Below the pieces are notes generated by a model. The model had not been told where the DNA came from and searched no databases. It was given only the letters and a program-made list of their open reading frames with translations. A stretch of 64,000 bases of DNA from Euglena gracilis (Eukaryota): NCBI GenBank assembly GCA_039621445.1, contig CP154954.1, forward strand, positions 32,403,455-32,467,454, read 5' to 3'. Shown one piece after another: positions 23,601 through 36,962 of the stretch (positions within the stretch are counted from its first letter, which is position 1; each line of letters starts with the position of its first letter). Position numbers and translations under genes: made by a program.

Positions 23601-24510
23601 ACTTTTGCTTACCATTTGCCTTTTTCTTACCCAACTGTCCCGAATTGGAAAGGAATGCCTAGGTTTCTCTTTTTCTTTTCCCCACACAAGTCATTTTCTG
23701 AGGCGCTGTTGGCCAAAGTCCCTGATTTTTTTTAAAAAAATCGACAAATGAAGTCTCACACAATGAAAGCTGCCAAAAAGGATTTTCACCAAGGGGGGCA
23801 GCGTGGGACTTAGGCCTTGGGGTGGAGTGCCCAGAGTTTGTTTCGTTTGGAATCGTTTTTCAGATTTGTGTTCAAAGACCCGTTTCCCCATGCTTGTCGG
23901 AGGAAAGGGGTGGGGGGCTTCCCCCGTAGGCCTGATTTTTCAGAGTCCCCCAAGGTGCCCGATATTATGGCTGGGGGGGGGTCCGACTCGTAACACAGAT
24001 TTTTAAAAAAAAAAGCGACAGGACCCGTTTCAAAAAAAAACAGAATTTTCGCCCCCCACAAAAAAAAATCATTTTCACTCTCCCCGTTTTTGTTCGGGGG
24101 GGGGGGGCAGAAAAACGGGTCCGACTAACGTCGCAAGGGAGGGGGTGTCGGCTGCCGCTGGCGTCGGCAGCCAAAAATTTCCCAGAAAATTCCCAAAAAC
24201 CCCAGTAGGAATATCCAAAGCAAGTCAACCGCCACGCGAGTGGAATTGGAACACCAGCAAATTCCAGCAAGAATTTGAGAATTCGAATTGAGAATCACAA
24301 GAGCACAAAAGTCAATTGAAAATTGAAAGATCAAAAAGGACAATTCAATTATCCAAGGAAATCAAGGCATTCATTTCCACATTCTTTCTCCCACTCAACA
24401 CCTGAATTCAAAGGTACTTGCCCACCCTCTCAAGCCCCAGGTTTGTTGTGCTCTGCTGTTTGATCCTAAGTAGGTGGGTTGGTTTTGTCCTTGCTCACCT
24501 TTTGATCCAA

Positions 24511-25824
24511 ATGTTTGAAAAGGCAAAACAGTGGAGGCTAAAAACGATCCTACGCGGGGAGATAGGGGGACCTGGGTCGGGGGGGCACACCTCACCCCCA
24601 TTACCGCCTGTGGATTTATTTCAAAACGGGGCCCAACTTGCCAAAGGCCCTGGCCTGAGCCCACCAGGGCCAGAAAAGGGAAATTGTGGCCCCAGCGAAA
24701 GCAGCAGCCCCCCCGGGCGAGCAGGGTCCCCCAAGACCCCCAACATGGTACGCAGAGGTGGCTTCACTGACTCTGTCAGTGAAGAATTTTTAGATTCTGT
24801 TGATGACAAAGAATTCAAGGAATACAGTGACCAATTCAAATTGTTGGGAATTGAATTCAGTGATACCCAAACAGAGGAACAAAGAAAAAGGGAGGCTGAA
24901 CTTCTGGCGTCTCAGAGGGAGTTTTGGAAACTCAGATGTGAAGCAGCCATTGGACATTCTCATGGCCCTGACTCATGTTCTCCATGTCAATCTTGTAAAC
25001 CGTCAGGGGTAAGCCCAACAAGCTCACTGCCAGGAGAACCTGAAGTTAAACAAGAAAGTTTTGACCCTTGTCCAAATGTTTTGCAAATGAGAGTTGTGCG
25101 GTGTGAATCTGAATCCGGACAGCTGAGTGTCAAATCAGACAGTGTGGAAACTTCAGAGGTCACAAAACCTGAAACTTTTTATGACCCTTGGGATGAGTGG
25201 TGGCAAAAAGTTGAGGCAGGTATCACAGAATTGTTTTCAAACACTTTTTCTCTGAACGAGAGGCTGACGAAACTGGAGGAAGTACCCAGCCAAAGTGAGT
25301 CCAGCCACTTGGAGGGACGGATGGCTGAAATTGAAACCCGTCTGAGAAATTTGGCAGATGGTTTTCATGACCTTTTCACACGAACTTGCAGTGAAATTGA
25401 ACACCGTTTTTCTGAAAGCATCCAGTCCCTGTGTGAGAAGGGCGAGGCTCTGTCAAAACGGCTGGAGAGTGAAGAAAAGATTCTGGAGGAACGGCTGAAA
25501 ATGTTTGAACTACGAATCGCTGAAAAGTTACAGCCCAGTGAAATAAAATCACCAAGTCCAGAAAATTTTGTGTCCGTTAACCTGAATTCTGGACATGTCA
25601 CAAATCTGCAGCCGTCATCAGTGTCTTCTGAAAAATCTTCCTCAGATTTTGCCACTCAGCGAAGAAAATTCAGACAAACGAAGAAAATCTGGAGACCTGC
25701 CAAAAACAGTTGGAATGACTTTCAATTTTTGAGACCAAGTTGGTTTCAGGATTGGTGGGGTTGGGACTGGTACACAAATCCCTGGAACAGCTGGGGGTGG
25801 TTTCCACCGTACCAGTGGTGGTAG
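24511..25824 (+). CDS. Repeat-unit ORF copy 3, unknown Pro-rich/coiled-coil/Trp-rich protein
   Basis: Open frame from ATG 24511 (MFEKAKQ) to ...WGWFPPYQWW; heptad-like E/K/L segment. Confidence 0.65.
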   Translation: MFEKAKQWRLKTILRGEIGGPGSGGHTSPPLPPVDLFQNGAQLAKGPGLSPPGPEKGNCGPSESSSPPGRAGSPKTPNMVRRGGFTDSVSEEFLDSVDDKEFKEYSDQFKLLGIEFSDTQTEEQRKREAELLASQREFWKLRCEAAIGHSHGPDSCSPCQSCKPSGVSPTSSLPGEPEVKQESFDPCPNVLQMRVVRCESESGQLSVKSDSVETSEVTKPETFYDPWDEWWQKVEAGITELFSNTFSLNERLTKLEEVPSQSESSHLEGRMAEIETRLRNLADGFHDLFTRTCSEIEHRFSESIQSLCEKGEALSKRLESEEKILEERLKMFELRIAEKLQPSEIKSPSPENFVSVNLNSGHVTNLQPSSVSSEKSSSDFATQRRKFRQTKKIWRPAKNSWNDFQFLRPSWFQDWWGWDWYTNPWNSWGWFPPYQWW

Positions 25825-28800
25825 TGATTTTTTTTCAGCAGGTCTAACCACTGACTGACACAGCACAGCACTTCACAGTGTCGAGTATGTTTCTGTGGGT
25901 TGTTTTGTGATTGTTTTGTGATACGTTTTTCATGGTGATTTGGTGTTGGAGGCAGATGCGCAATCAGCCAGAATTTAAATCTGGATTTTCAGTTCACAGA
26001 GTTTGGCTTATGGAAAAACAGCCAAGTCAAACATTTTGAATCTGGTTTCTGGGGTGCATGTTTTTCCCCAGTTGCTTTCCACTTAAATGGAGACGCCCAG
26101 CCACGATGCTTGGGATTTTTCTCCTAGTGTTCAGGCAGCCAGATCAATGATATTCAGTTTCAGAGTTTTCAGTTTTCGGTTGTCCCAAATGTCATTTGGG
26201 GTGGGGCACGGCATTGACATGTGTCACCATCCCAGATGGGGACAAATCAGGCATCTCAGGTGGAATTTTGATTTGTGTTTTTTCTGGTCCCTTTTGTCGC
26301 GGGACAGTTTTTCCAGAGAGAAACTTTACCCCGGACAAGGACAAATGTTGGAGAATCGGCACAGTTTTTTGGGATTTTTTCAGTCCAGTTTCATTCTGGT
26401 TTTCGAGTGCGGCAGCCCAGCAGGCCTGTGGAGGTTTTATCTGGGTTTTTGCCAAATCCTGAGGTAGGGGAGAGACCACTCGCAACCAAACAGTTTTTGG
26501 GAAAGCGCGCAAAGAGGGGTTCCAAGGGTGGGGCTAGACCCAGGCCAGGAATAAACACCCCTGTGGCCACCCATCTAAGGGCTCAGGAAAACAGTTGGAA
26601 ACAGTTTTCAATTTTCAGTCCAAGTTGGAACCAAGGTGGATTAACCCCAGGAGGAAAAGGCACCCCTGAGGAAAATTCATTTTTGGGCCCATCGGTGGCA
26701 GCATCATCATTCAGTTCAGGTTTTCAGTGAAAAATCTGTTGATCTGTGGGTAGCACTTTCTGTTGCATTTTTTTCAGCTGTAGGAGTCTGCTTAAGGGAG
26801 AATCACATGAGCCTCACAATGCAAAACTCCTGAGGCAATTTTTACAGTTTGGGGCTTGCATACACAGTTTTCGTGTGACCCATTTGATGGATCATGATCA
26901 GATTTTTAAGTGCCGTTTTGGTTCAGAGTTCAGTGGCATTTGCAGGTTCGGTTCAATGAGAAAATTCAGAAATCTGCCTTGTGTGTTGCCAGTGGTGAAT
27001 TTTGTGCGTGTGTGTTACTTTGTCTTGCAGGTTTTGCAAGCAAGCAAGAAATCAAGCACCAAAAAAGAATCAACACAAGAGATTTTGAGAATTTCGAGTT
27101 TGATGACTTATTCAACAAGTTCAAGTTTGTTGACCAGGACAATGATGATTACATTGACATTGAACAACAAAGCAGACAAGTCATCAAGGAATTTGATTGA
27201 ATTTATTGAATTCAAAAATTGCACCAGTTTGCAAAGAAAGGACTTCAAAGACTGGGATTATGAACATTTCAAGTCGAGTTGGAGAACAGACTTAATGAAA
27301 TCAATGGGACCCAAACAATTGAATCACATGATTCTGATTGTCATGATTACAATTCTGTGCTGGGGAGAGAAGCTCAAAGCTGGGATATGGATCGATTGGT
27401 GAATTTCATGTTCTGGCCAAGGAGTTTGAGTTTTTTGGACTTCAGTCACCTGGCTGGGGGAGAAGTCTAATGGCTGACCTCCACCGAGCCTTTGACACAA
27501 TTGCCCAAACAAGGGGCAAGCCGAGATTCAAACTGGTGGGCAGCTCCCATGGTGCCAGGGGCTGAGTTGCAGTTTTCTTGTTTCCGAGTGGTTGGACTGG
27601 GTTCGCTCTCCCTCTTCCTGTGTTGCTGGGGGGGGGTGTTGAGCCACATGAGCTGTGTTGGTGTGGTGGATCAAAATCAGTTTTGGCTTTACGGTTGGCA
27701 TTTTTGACTCAGAATTGGATACCCCTGTGAGACGTTTGGGTGGGGACAGGAATGCATCATATTGTGACCGTGATTGTTTTGGTCATACCCCAGATGTGAC
27801 GGGGTTTGATGAAATTTCCATTTTCCCCATTTTTTTTGTCGAATGGGGATTCTGATTTTGCAGCCAGGAATTTTTAACCCATGGCCCTCCCCGCACTGGT
27901 TGACGGTGGGGGGGGGCGGCATTGTGAAGGCCCGTCCTTTGACATGTGTGAGATTTCAGCCGGTTTGGATATTACGGCCCAGGTTTGTGATTTTTTTGTT
28001 TGGAGGCTGAAGCCAGATTGACCCCCATGGCCCCATGTGACTGGGGAGGGGGGCAGTGAAAAATCGCTTTGGCTGAGAAAATTGGATATAAAGTTTCAGT
28101 ATTTTTGAGTTTGCCATGTCATTTGACCCCCATTGCCCCGTATGACTGGGGGGGGGGGGCAGTGAATTTTAATTGGCAAGCCGAATTGGTTGGTTTCGGC
28201 TGTGAATTGGTTGTGCCCAGGGTTGGGCTGGAATGGCCTGGCCCCTATGCAACGGTATGCTGTTCGATGTTGCTTCTGTGGGTTGGACTTTGTTTGCTGG
28301 ATGTGGTGGCAGTTTGGAATTCTCGATGTTGAGGGCTCTTGTAGGCCCTGGACTTGTGGGTTGGACCCAGATTTTTGATTTTTTGAGGATTTTTGTTTCT
28401 GGAGGATTTTTACACAAAGAGTTGGAAAAAACCTGGGATTTCGATGATTTTTCTGGAGGATGGAAAACGAGTTGGGATTTTAAAACTCAGTTTTTTGATT
28501 CGGTTTGGACTATTGGATATTCGTCAAAGGCATTTTTTTCATGGAACACAGCTTGGAGGCATCCGAACTCGGGGGGGGGGACCCTGGACCGGAGATGACC
28601 CCTCCTCCGTCCATAGGCCCTGTTGTGGGCCAATGAAAAGGAAAGAAAACCAGCGACGTGGGCAGGTAAAGCCCTGTGATATAGTGGCTGAGGGCCAATG
28701 TGAAGCCCTGTTCTCTTTGCATTCAAAAAAAATCGATCGGCCCAGTCATTTTCGGTTGGAATGCATGACAAGGAAGTGAGCGTGCATACACACAAAACAC

Positions 28801-29813
28801 ACAACTGCACACGCACACAAACCTGCACACATCTGTACACTATTCCCGCCGTATATAACCGTCTTACCCTCTCACCATTGCACCCATTCACCTTCAACCT
28901 TTTCCTCACCCTTCTGTCCCGAATTGGAAAGGAATGCCTAGGTTTCTCTTTTTCTTTCCCCACACAAGTCATTTTTTGAGGCACTGTTGGCCAAAGTCCC
29001 TGATTTTTTTTTAAAAAAATCGACAAATGAAGTTTCACACAATGAAAGCTGCCAAAAGGATTTTCACCAAGGGGGTAGCGTGGGACTTAGGCCTTGGGGT
29101 GGAGTGCCCAGAGTTGGTTTCACTCAGAATTTTCAGATTTTGTGTTCAAAGACCCGTTCCCCATGCTTGTCGGAGGAAAGGGGTGGGGGGGCTTCCCCCG
29201 TAGACCTGATTTTTCAGAGTCCCCCAAGGTGCCCGATATTATGGCTGGGGGGGGGTCACACGCGTAACGCTGATTGTCAAAAAAAAAAAGCGACAGGACC
29301 CGTTTTTTTTTAAAAAAAAACCCAAACGGAATTTTCGCCCCCCACAAAAAAAAAACTCCTTCTCCCCGTTTTTGCTCGGGGGGGGGGGGGCAGAAAAACG
29401 GGTCCGACTAACGTCGCAAGGGAGGGGGTGTCGGCTGCCGCTGGCGTCGGCAGCCAAAAATTTCCCAGAAAATTCCCAAAAACCCCCAGTAGGAACCACC
29501 AGAGCAAGTCAACCGCCACGCGAGTGGAATTGGAACCCCAGCAAATTCCAGCAAGAATTTTAGAATTCGATTTGAGAATCACAAGAGCAGAAAAGTCAAT
29601 TGAGAATTGAAAGATCAAAAAGGACAATTCAATTATTCCAAGAAACCAAGGCATTGCTTTCCAACTGATCTTCTACCTCAAGCAGCAGGTTTCCTGAACC
29701 CAGGTACTCCCAACCCTCCAAGTCAGGTTTGTCTTGTGCTGCTGATTTGCTCACCTAAGTAGGTGGGTTGGTTTTTGTCTTTGTGGATTCATCCTGAAAG
29801 TTCAAGTTGAGAA

Positions 29814-31112
29814 ATGGGAAAAAACCAACAGCGGAGGGAAAAAAAGATTCTACGCGGGGCAACCGGGGACCCCGGGTCGGGGGGGCACACCTCACCCCCT
29901 TTACCGCCGGTTGGCATGTTCGAAAACGGGGCCCAATTTCAGAAAGGCCCTGGCCTGAGCCCTCCAGGTCCAGAAAAAAGTGGTTGCGGCCTCGGCAGCC
30001 CCCACGGGCGTGCGGGGTCCTCCCCGACCCCCAACATGGTACGCAGAGGTGGCTTCACTGACTCTGTCAGTGAAGAATTTTTAGATTCCGTTGATGACAA
30101 AGAAATCAAAGAATACTGTGACCAATTCAAATTGTTGGGAATTGAATTCAGTGATACCCAAACAGAGGAACAAAGAAAAAGGGAGGCTGAAATTCTAGCG
30201 TCTCAGAGGGAGTTTTGGAGGCTCAGATGTGAAGCAGCCATTGGACATTCTCATGGCCCTGATTCATGTTCTCCATGTCAATCTTGTAAAACATCAGGGG
30301 TAAGCCCAACAAGTTCACTGCCAGGAGAGCCTGAAATTAAACCAGAAAGTGTTGACCCTTGTCCAAATGTTTTGCACATAAGAGGTGTGCGGTGTGAATC
30401 TGAATCCGGACAGCTGAGTGTCAAATCAGACAGTGTGGGAACTTCAGAGGTCACAAAACCTGAAACTTTTTATGACCCTTGGGATGAGTGGTGGCAAAAA
30501 GTTGAGGCAGGTATCACAGAATTATTTTCAAACACTTTTTCTCTGAACCAGAGACTGACGAAACTGGAGGAAGTGCCCAGCCAAAGTGAGTCCAGCCACT
30601 TGGAGGGACGGATGGCTGAATTTGAAACCCGTCTGAGAAATTTGGCAGATGGTTTTCATGACCTTTTCACACGAACTTGCAGTGAAATTGAAAATCGTTT
30701 TTCTGAAAGCATCCAGTCCCTGTGTGAGAAGGGCGAGGCTCTGTCAAAACAGCTGGAGAGTGAAGAAAAGATTCTGGAGGAACGGCTGAAAATGCTTGAA
30801 CTACAAATCGCTGAAAAGTTACAGCCCAGTGAAAAATCACCAAGTCCAGAAAATTTTGTGTCCGTGAACCTGACTTCTGGGCATGTCACAAATTTGCAGC
30901 CGTCTTCAGTGTCTTCTGAAAAATCTTCCTCAGATTTTGCCACACAGCCAAAAAATTTCAGACAGACAAAAAAATTCTGGAGGCCTGCCAACAGTTGGAA
31001 CGACTTTCAGTTTTTGAGACCAAGTTGGTTTCAAGATTGGTGGGGTTGGGACTGGCATTTAAATCCCTGGAACAGCTGGGGGTGGTTTCCACCGTATCAA
31101 TGGTGGTGGTGA
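29814..31112 (+). CDS. Repeat-unit ORF copy 4, 432 aa, unknown protein
   Basis: ATG-initiated intact ORF, paralogous to the other units. Confidence 0.65.
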   Translation: MGKNQQRREKKILRGATGDPGSGGHTSPPLPPVGMFENGAQFQKGPGLSPPGPEKSGCGLGSPHGRAGSSPTPNMVRRGGFTDSVSEEFLDSVDDKEIKEYCDQFKLLGIEFSDTQTEEQRKREAEILASQREFWRLRCEAAIGHSHGPDSCSPCQSCKTSGVSPTSSLPGEPEIKPESVDPCPNVLHIRGVRCESESGQLSVKSDSVGTSEVTKPETFYDPWDEWWQKVEAGITELFSNTFSLNQRLTKLEEVPSQSESSHLEGRMAEFETRLRNLADGFHDLFTRTCSEIENRFSESIQSLCEKGEALSKQLESEEKILEERLKMLELQIAEKLQPSEKSPSPENFVSVNLTSGHVTNLQPSSVSSEKSSSDFATQPKNFRQTKKFWRPANSWNDFQFLRPSWFQDWWGWDWHLNPWNSWGWFPPYQWWW

Positions 31113-34100
31113 ATTTTCTTTCAGCACAGGTCTAACCACTGACTGGCACCGCACAACACTTTACAGTGATCAGTATGTTTTTGTGGTTTGTTTGTGGCTT
31201 TGTGATTTTTGTTTCATACTTCTCATGGTGATCTGGTGTTGGAGGCAGATGCACAATCAGCCAGAATATAAATCTGGATTTTCAGTTCACAGAGTTTGGC
31301 TTATGGGAAAACAGCCAAGTCAAACATTTTGAATCTGGTTTCTGGGGTGCATGTTTTTTCCCAGTTGCTTTCCACTTAAATGGAGACGCCCAGCCACGAT
31401 GCTTGGGAATTTCTCCTAGTGTTCAGGCAGCCAGATCAATGATCTTTCATTTTCAGTTTCAGAGTTTTCAGTTTTCGGTTGTCCCAAATGTCATTTGGGG
31501 TGGGGCACGATGTTGACCTGTGTCACCATCCTTGACAGGGACAAAACACACATCTCAGGTGGGATTTTCAATTGTGTTTTTTCTGGTCCCTTTTGTCACG
31601 GGACAGTTTTTCCAGAGAGAAACTTCACCCCGGACAAGGACACATGTTGGAGAATCGGCACAGTTTTTGAGATTTTTCAGTCCAGTTTCATTGTGGTTTT
31701 CGAGTGTGGCAGCCCAGCAGTCCTGTGGCAGGTTTTATCTGGGTTTTTACCAAGTCCTGAGGCAGGGGAGACCTCTAATGGACCACTCGAACCAAAACGT
31801 TTTTCGGGAAAGCGCGCAAAGAGGGGTTCCAAGGGTGGGGCTAGACCCAGGCCAGGAATAAACACCCCTGTGGCCACCCATCTAAGGGCTCAGGATACAG
31901 TTTTCAGTTTTTCAGTCTTGGGAACCAAGGTGGATTAACCCCAGGAGGAAAAGACACCCCTGAGGAAAATTCATTTACGGGCCCATCATCATTTGGTCCA
32001 GTTTTTCAGTGAAAAATCTGTTGATCTGTGGGTTGCACTTTCTGCGGCAATTTTTCAGCTGTGGAGTTTGCTTGAGGGAGAAAAACTCAGAAGTGGGGGA
32101 CGCCTCACAATGCAAAACTCCTGAGGGTAATTTTTACAGTTTGAGGGTTGTTGTAGCAGTTTTCGTGTAACCCATTTGATGGATCAAGATCAGATTTTCA
32201 GTGCCGTTTCCTGGTTCAGAGTTCAGTGGTTTTTCAGTGAGGAAATTCAGAAATCTGCCTTCTGTGTTGCCAGTGGTGAATTTTGCGTGCGTGTGTGTGT
32301 CCTTTGTCATGCAGGTTTTGCAAGCAATCAAGCAATCAATCACGAAATGAAGGAGCAAAGCAGTCAAATTATCAAGGATTTTGACTGAATTTATTGAATT
32401 CAAGGATTTCAACAAAGAAATGACTTCAAAGACTGGGATTGTGAACATTGGAAGAACAATGACATTTATGAGACCCAAGCAATTGAATCACAGGATTACG
32501 ATTGTCATGATTACAACTGTGGATTGTTTATGGAATCACAGAATGGTGGATGTATTTATTTTACTCAAGTGCTGTGAAGCGTAATGTGGCTGACCCCAAA
32601 GCGCCTGCAGTGGGCAGTGACCCGATGCACGGCCAGGTCCAGGCCCAGGTTGGCACAGCACTGAATCAGATTTTTCATGGTTTTGGATCTCAGGATTTTG
32701 CTTGTGGTTTGGAGCCATTTTTTCTCCCTCCTCGTGCAGCTGGGGGGGGGGGGGGCTGCGTTGAGCCCTGTTTTTTGTTGGTGTGGTGGATCAAAATCAG
32801 TTTTGGCTTTACGGTTGGAATTTTTTGACTCAGAATTGGATACCCTGTGAGACGTTTGGGTGGGGACAGGAATGCGTCATTTTGTGACCGTGTTTGTTTT
32901 GGTCATACCCCAGATATGTCGGGGTTTGATGAAATTTCCATTGTTCCCATTTTATTTGTCGAATGAGGATTCTGATTTTGCAGCCAGGAATTTTTAACCC
33001 ATGGCCCTCCCCACATTGGTTGACGGTGGGGGGGGGCGACATTGTGAAGGCCCGTCCTTTGACATGTATGAGATTTCAGCCGGTTTGGATATTACGGCCC
33101 AGGTTTGTGATTTTTTTGTTTGGAGGCTGAAGCCAGATTGACCCCATGGCCCCATGTGACTGGGGGGGGGCAGCGAAAAATCGCTTTGGCTGAGAAAATT
33201 GGATTTGAATTTTCAGTATTTTTGAGTTTGCCATGTCATTTGACCATTTGACCCCCATTGCCCCGTGTGATTGGGGGGGGGGGGGGGCAGTTAATTTTAA
33301 TTGGCAAGCCGAATTGGTCCGTTTTACGGCTGTGAATTGGTTGAGCTGGGCTGGATGGCCTGGCCCCTCGGTGTGCTGCTGGATGTTGCTTCTGTTGGGT
33401 TGGTTGCTCTCGGTTGGACTTTGTTTGTTGTACGAGGCAGTTGGAATTTTGGATCTTGTTGAGGGCTTTTGTAGGCCCTGGGTTGGACTCAGATTTTTGA
33501 ATTTTTGAGGATTTTTGTTGCTGGAGGATTTTTACACAAAGAGTTGGAAAAAACCTGGGATTTTGATAATTTTTCTGGTGGGTGGCAAAACGAGTTGGAG
33601 TTTTAGAACTCAGTTTTTTGATTCGGTTGGATTATGGACATTCGTCAAAGGCATTTTTTCCATGGAACACAGCTTGGAGGCATCCGAACTCGGGGGGGGG
33701 GACCCTGGACCGGAGATGACCCCTCCTCCGTCCAAAGGCCCTGGTGTGGGCCAATGAAAAAAAGAAACCCAGCCACGTGGGCATTAAAGCCCTGTGACAT
33801 AGTGGCTGAGGGCCAATGTGAAGCCCTGTTTTCTTTGCGTTCAAAAAAGTCGGCCCAGTCATTTTCGGTTAAAATGCATGACAAGGAAGTAAGCGTGCAC
33901 ACACACACAACACACAACCGCACATGAACCCGCACACCCATTGTACACTATTCCCGCCGTATATACCCGTCTTACCCTCTCACCATTGCACCCATTCACC
34001 TTCAGCCTTTTCCTTACCCTTTCTGTCCCGAATTGGAAAGGAATGCCTGGGTTTCTCTTTTTTTTTCCCCACACAAGTTGTTTTCTGAGGCACTGTTGGC

Positions 34101-34924
34101 CAAAGTCCCTGATTTTTTTTAAAAAAAAATAGACAAATGAAGTTTCACACAATGAAAGCTGCCAAAAAGGATTATCACCAAGGGGGCAGCGTGGGACTTA
34201 GGCCTTGGGGTGGAGTGCCCAGAGTTTGTTTCGTTTGGAATCGTTTTTCAGATTTATGTTCAAAGACCCGTTTCCCCATGCTTGTCGGAGGAAAGGGGTG
34301 GGGGGGGCTTCCCCCGAAGACCTGATTTTTCCAGAGTCCCCCAAGGTGCCCGATATTATGGCTGGGGGGGGGGTCGACTCGTAACACCGATGTTAAAAAA
34401 AAAAAAAAACCGACAGGACCCGTTTCAAAAAAAAACAGAATTTTCGCCCCCCACAAAAAAAAATCATTTTCACTCTCCCCGGTTTTGTTCGGGGGGGGGG
34501 CAGAAAAACGGGTCCGACTAACGTCACAAGGGAGGGGGTGTCGGCTGCCGCTGGCGTCGGCAGCCAAAAATTTCCCAGAAAATTCCCAAAAACCCCTGGT
34601 AGGAATATCCAAGGCAAGTCAACCGCCACGCGAGTGGAATTGGAACCCCAGCAAATTCCAGCAAGAATTTGAGAATTTGATTTGAGGATCACAGAAGTAG
34701 AAACGTCAATTGAGAATTGAAGAATCAAAAGAATCAATTCAATTATTCCAAGAAACCAAGGCATTGCTTTCCAACCTGATCTCCTATCCCAAGCAGCAGG
34801 TTTTCTGAACCCAGGTACTCCCAACCCTCCAAGTCAGGTTTGTCTTGTGCTGCTGATTTGCTCACCTAAGTAGGTGGGTTGGTTTTTGTCTTTGTGGATT
34901 CATCCTGAAAGTTCTAGTTGGAAA

Positions 34925-35896
34925 ATGGGAAAAAACCAACAATGGAGGGGAAAAACGATCCTACGCGGGGCAACGAGGGACCCTGGGTCGGGGGGGCACA
35001 CCTCACCCCCATTACCGCCTGTGGATTTGTTTGAAAACGGGGCCCAACTTACCAAAGGCCCTGGCCTGAGCCCACCAGGGCCAGAAAAAGGGATTTGTGG
35101 CCCCAGCGAAAGCAGCCCCCCCGGGCGAGCAGGGTCCCCCAAGCCCCCCAACATGGTACGCAGAGGTGGCTTCACTGACTCCGTCAGTGAAGAATTTTTG
35201 GAATCAGTCGATGACAAATCTCAATTGCAAAGTCTTCCAGTGGAAGTTCTGCAGGGTTTGTTCAAGGTTGGTGTTCTGTGGGCTTTAATTGTGGGTTCTC
35301 CTGACGATCCAGTGCAATGCACACTGAAAAGTTTGGAATGCAGAATAAATCACATTGAAAAATTTTGGCAGGCTTTGTCACGTGAGCCCAGCCACTCAGA
35401 GGGACAGGACACAGAAACAGATTTTTTGACTCGAAACTCAAAGTGGATTATTAACAAGATTCAGTCCCTGAATGTTGAGGGCGAGGCTCTGACGAAACAG
35501 CTGAAAGAAGTGACAGATTCATTGGAAAGGCAGAAATGGAAAAATGGAAGGTTGACTGAGCAAATTAAAATGTTGGAACTGCAAATCACCGAAACGTTGC
35601 AGCCCAGTGAACTGAAATTACCAAGTCCAGAAAATTTTGTGTCTGTGAACCTGAATTCTGGACATGTCACAAATTTGCAGCCGTCATCAGCGTCTTCTGA
35701 AAAATCTTCCTCAGATTTTGCCGCACAGCCAAGAAAATTCAGACAGACGAAAAAATTCTGGAGGCCTGTCAAAAACAGTTGGAATGACTTTCAATTTTCG
35801 AGACCAAGTTGGTTTCATGATTGGTGGGCTTGGGACTCGTACACAAATCCCTGGAACAGCTGGGGGTGGTTTCCACCGAATCAATGGTGGTGGTGA
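34925..35896 (+). CDS. Repeat-unit ORF copy 5, variant with a different central segment
   Basis: Shares N- and C-termini with its paralogs; ~35220-35460 is unrelated but in frame. Confidence 0.6.
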   Translation: MGKNQQWRGKTILRGATRDPGSGGHTSPPLPPVDLFENGAQLTKGPGLSPPGPEKGICGPSESSPPGRAGSPKPPNMVRRGGFTDSVSEEFLESVDDKSQLQSLPVEVLQGLFKVGVLWALIVGSPDDPVQCTLKSLECRINHIEKFWQALSREPSHSEGQDTETDFLTRNSKWIINKIQSLNVEGEALTKQLKEVTDSLERQKWKNGRLTEQIKMLELQITETLQPSELKLPSPENFVSVNLNSGHVTNLQPSSASSEKSSSDFAAQPRKFRQTKKFWRPVKNSWNDFQFSRPSWFHDWWAWDSYTNPWNSWGWFPPNQWWW

Positions 35897-36962
35897 TTAT
35901 CTTTCAGCATAGGTCTAACCACTGACTGGCACCGCACAGCACTTTACAGTGATCAGTATGCTTTTGTGGTTTGTTTGTGGCTTTGTGATTTTTGTTTCGT
36001 ACTTCCTTTGTGTGATCTGGTCGGAGGCAGATGCGTAATCAGCCAGAAGTTTAAATCTGGATTTTCAGTTCACAGAGTTTGGCTTATGGAAAAACTGCCA
36101 AGTCAAACATTTTTGAATCTGGTTTCTGGGGTGCATGTTTCTCCCCAGTTGCTTTCCACTTAAATGGAGACGCCCAGCCACGATGCTTGGGAATTTCTCC
36201 TAGTGTTCAGGCAGCCAGATCAACGATATTCAGTTTCAGAGTTTTCAGTTTTCGGTTGTCCCAAATGTCATTTGGGGTGGGGCACGGCATTGACATGTGT
36301 CACCATCCCCGACGGGGACAAATCAGACATTTCAGGTTGGAATTTTGGTTTGTGTTTTTGCTGGTCCTTTTTGTCACGGGACAGTTTTTCCAGAGAGAAA
36401 CTTACCCCCGGACAGGGACATACGTTGGAGAATCGGCACAGTTTTTTGGGATTTTTCAGTCCAGTTTCATTGTGGTTTTCGAGTGTGGCAGCCCAGCAGT
36501 CCTGTGGCAGGTTTTATCTGGGTTTTTGCCAAGTCCTGAGGTGGATGGGAGACCTCTGATGACCACTCGAACCAAAAAGTTTTCGGGAAAGCGCGCAAAG
36601 AGGGGTTCCAAGGGTGGGGCTAGACCCAGGCAAGGAATAAACACCCCTGTGGCCACCCATCTAAGGGCTCAGGAAAGGTTTCAATTTTCAGTCTTGGGAA
36701 CCAAGGTGGATTAACCCCAGGAGGAAAAGACACCCCTGAGGAAAATTCATTTACGGGCCCATCATCATTTGGTCCAGTTTTTCAGTGAAAAATCTGTTGA
36801 TCTGTGGGTTGCACTTTCTGCGGCAATTTTTCAGCTGTGGAGTTTGCTTGAGGGAGAAAAACTCAGAAGTGGGGGACGCCTCACAATGCAAAACTCCTGA
36901 GGGTAATTTTTACAGTTTGAGGGTTGTTGGAGCAGTTTTCGTGTAACCCATTTGATGGATTG

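Larger units (their letters stand above)
13915..36960 (+). repeat. Tandem array of ~5.1-kb units (four complete plus one partial)
   Basis: TGTCGGCTGCCGCTGGCGTCGGCAGCC recurs at 13915, 19062, 24146, 29429 and 34539; units are collinear but diverged. Confidence 0.97.

Noticed and set aside
27100-27200. EF-hand-like peptide FVDQDNDDYIDIEQ in unit 3
   Set aside because: Short, present in only one unit and not in a sustained ORF.
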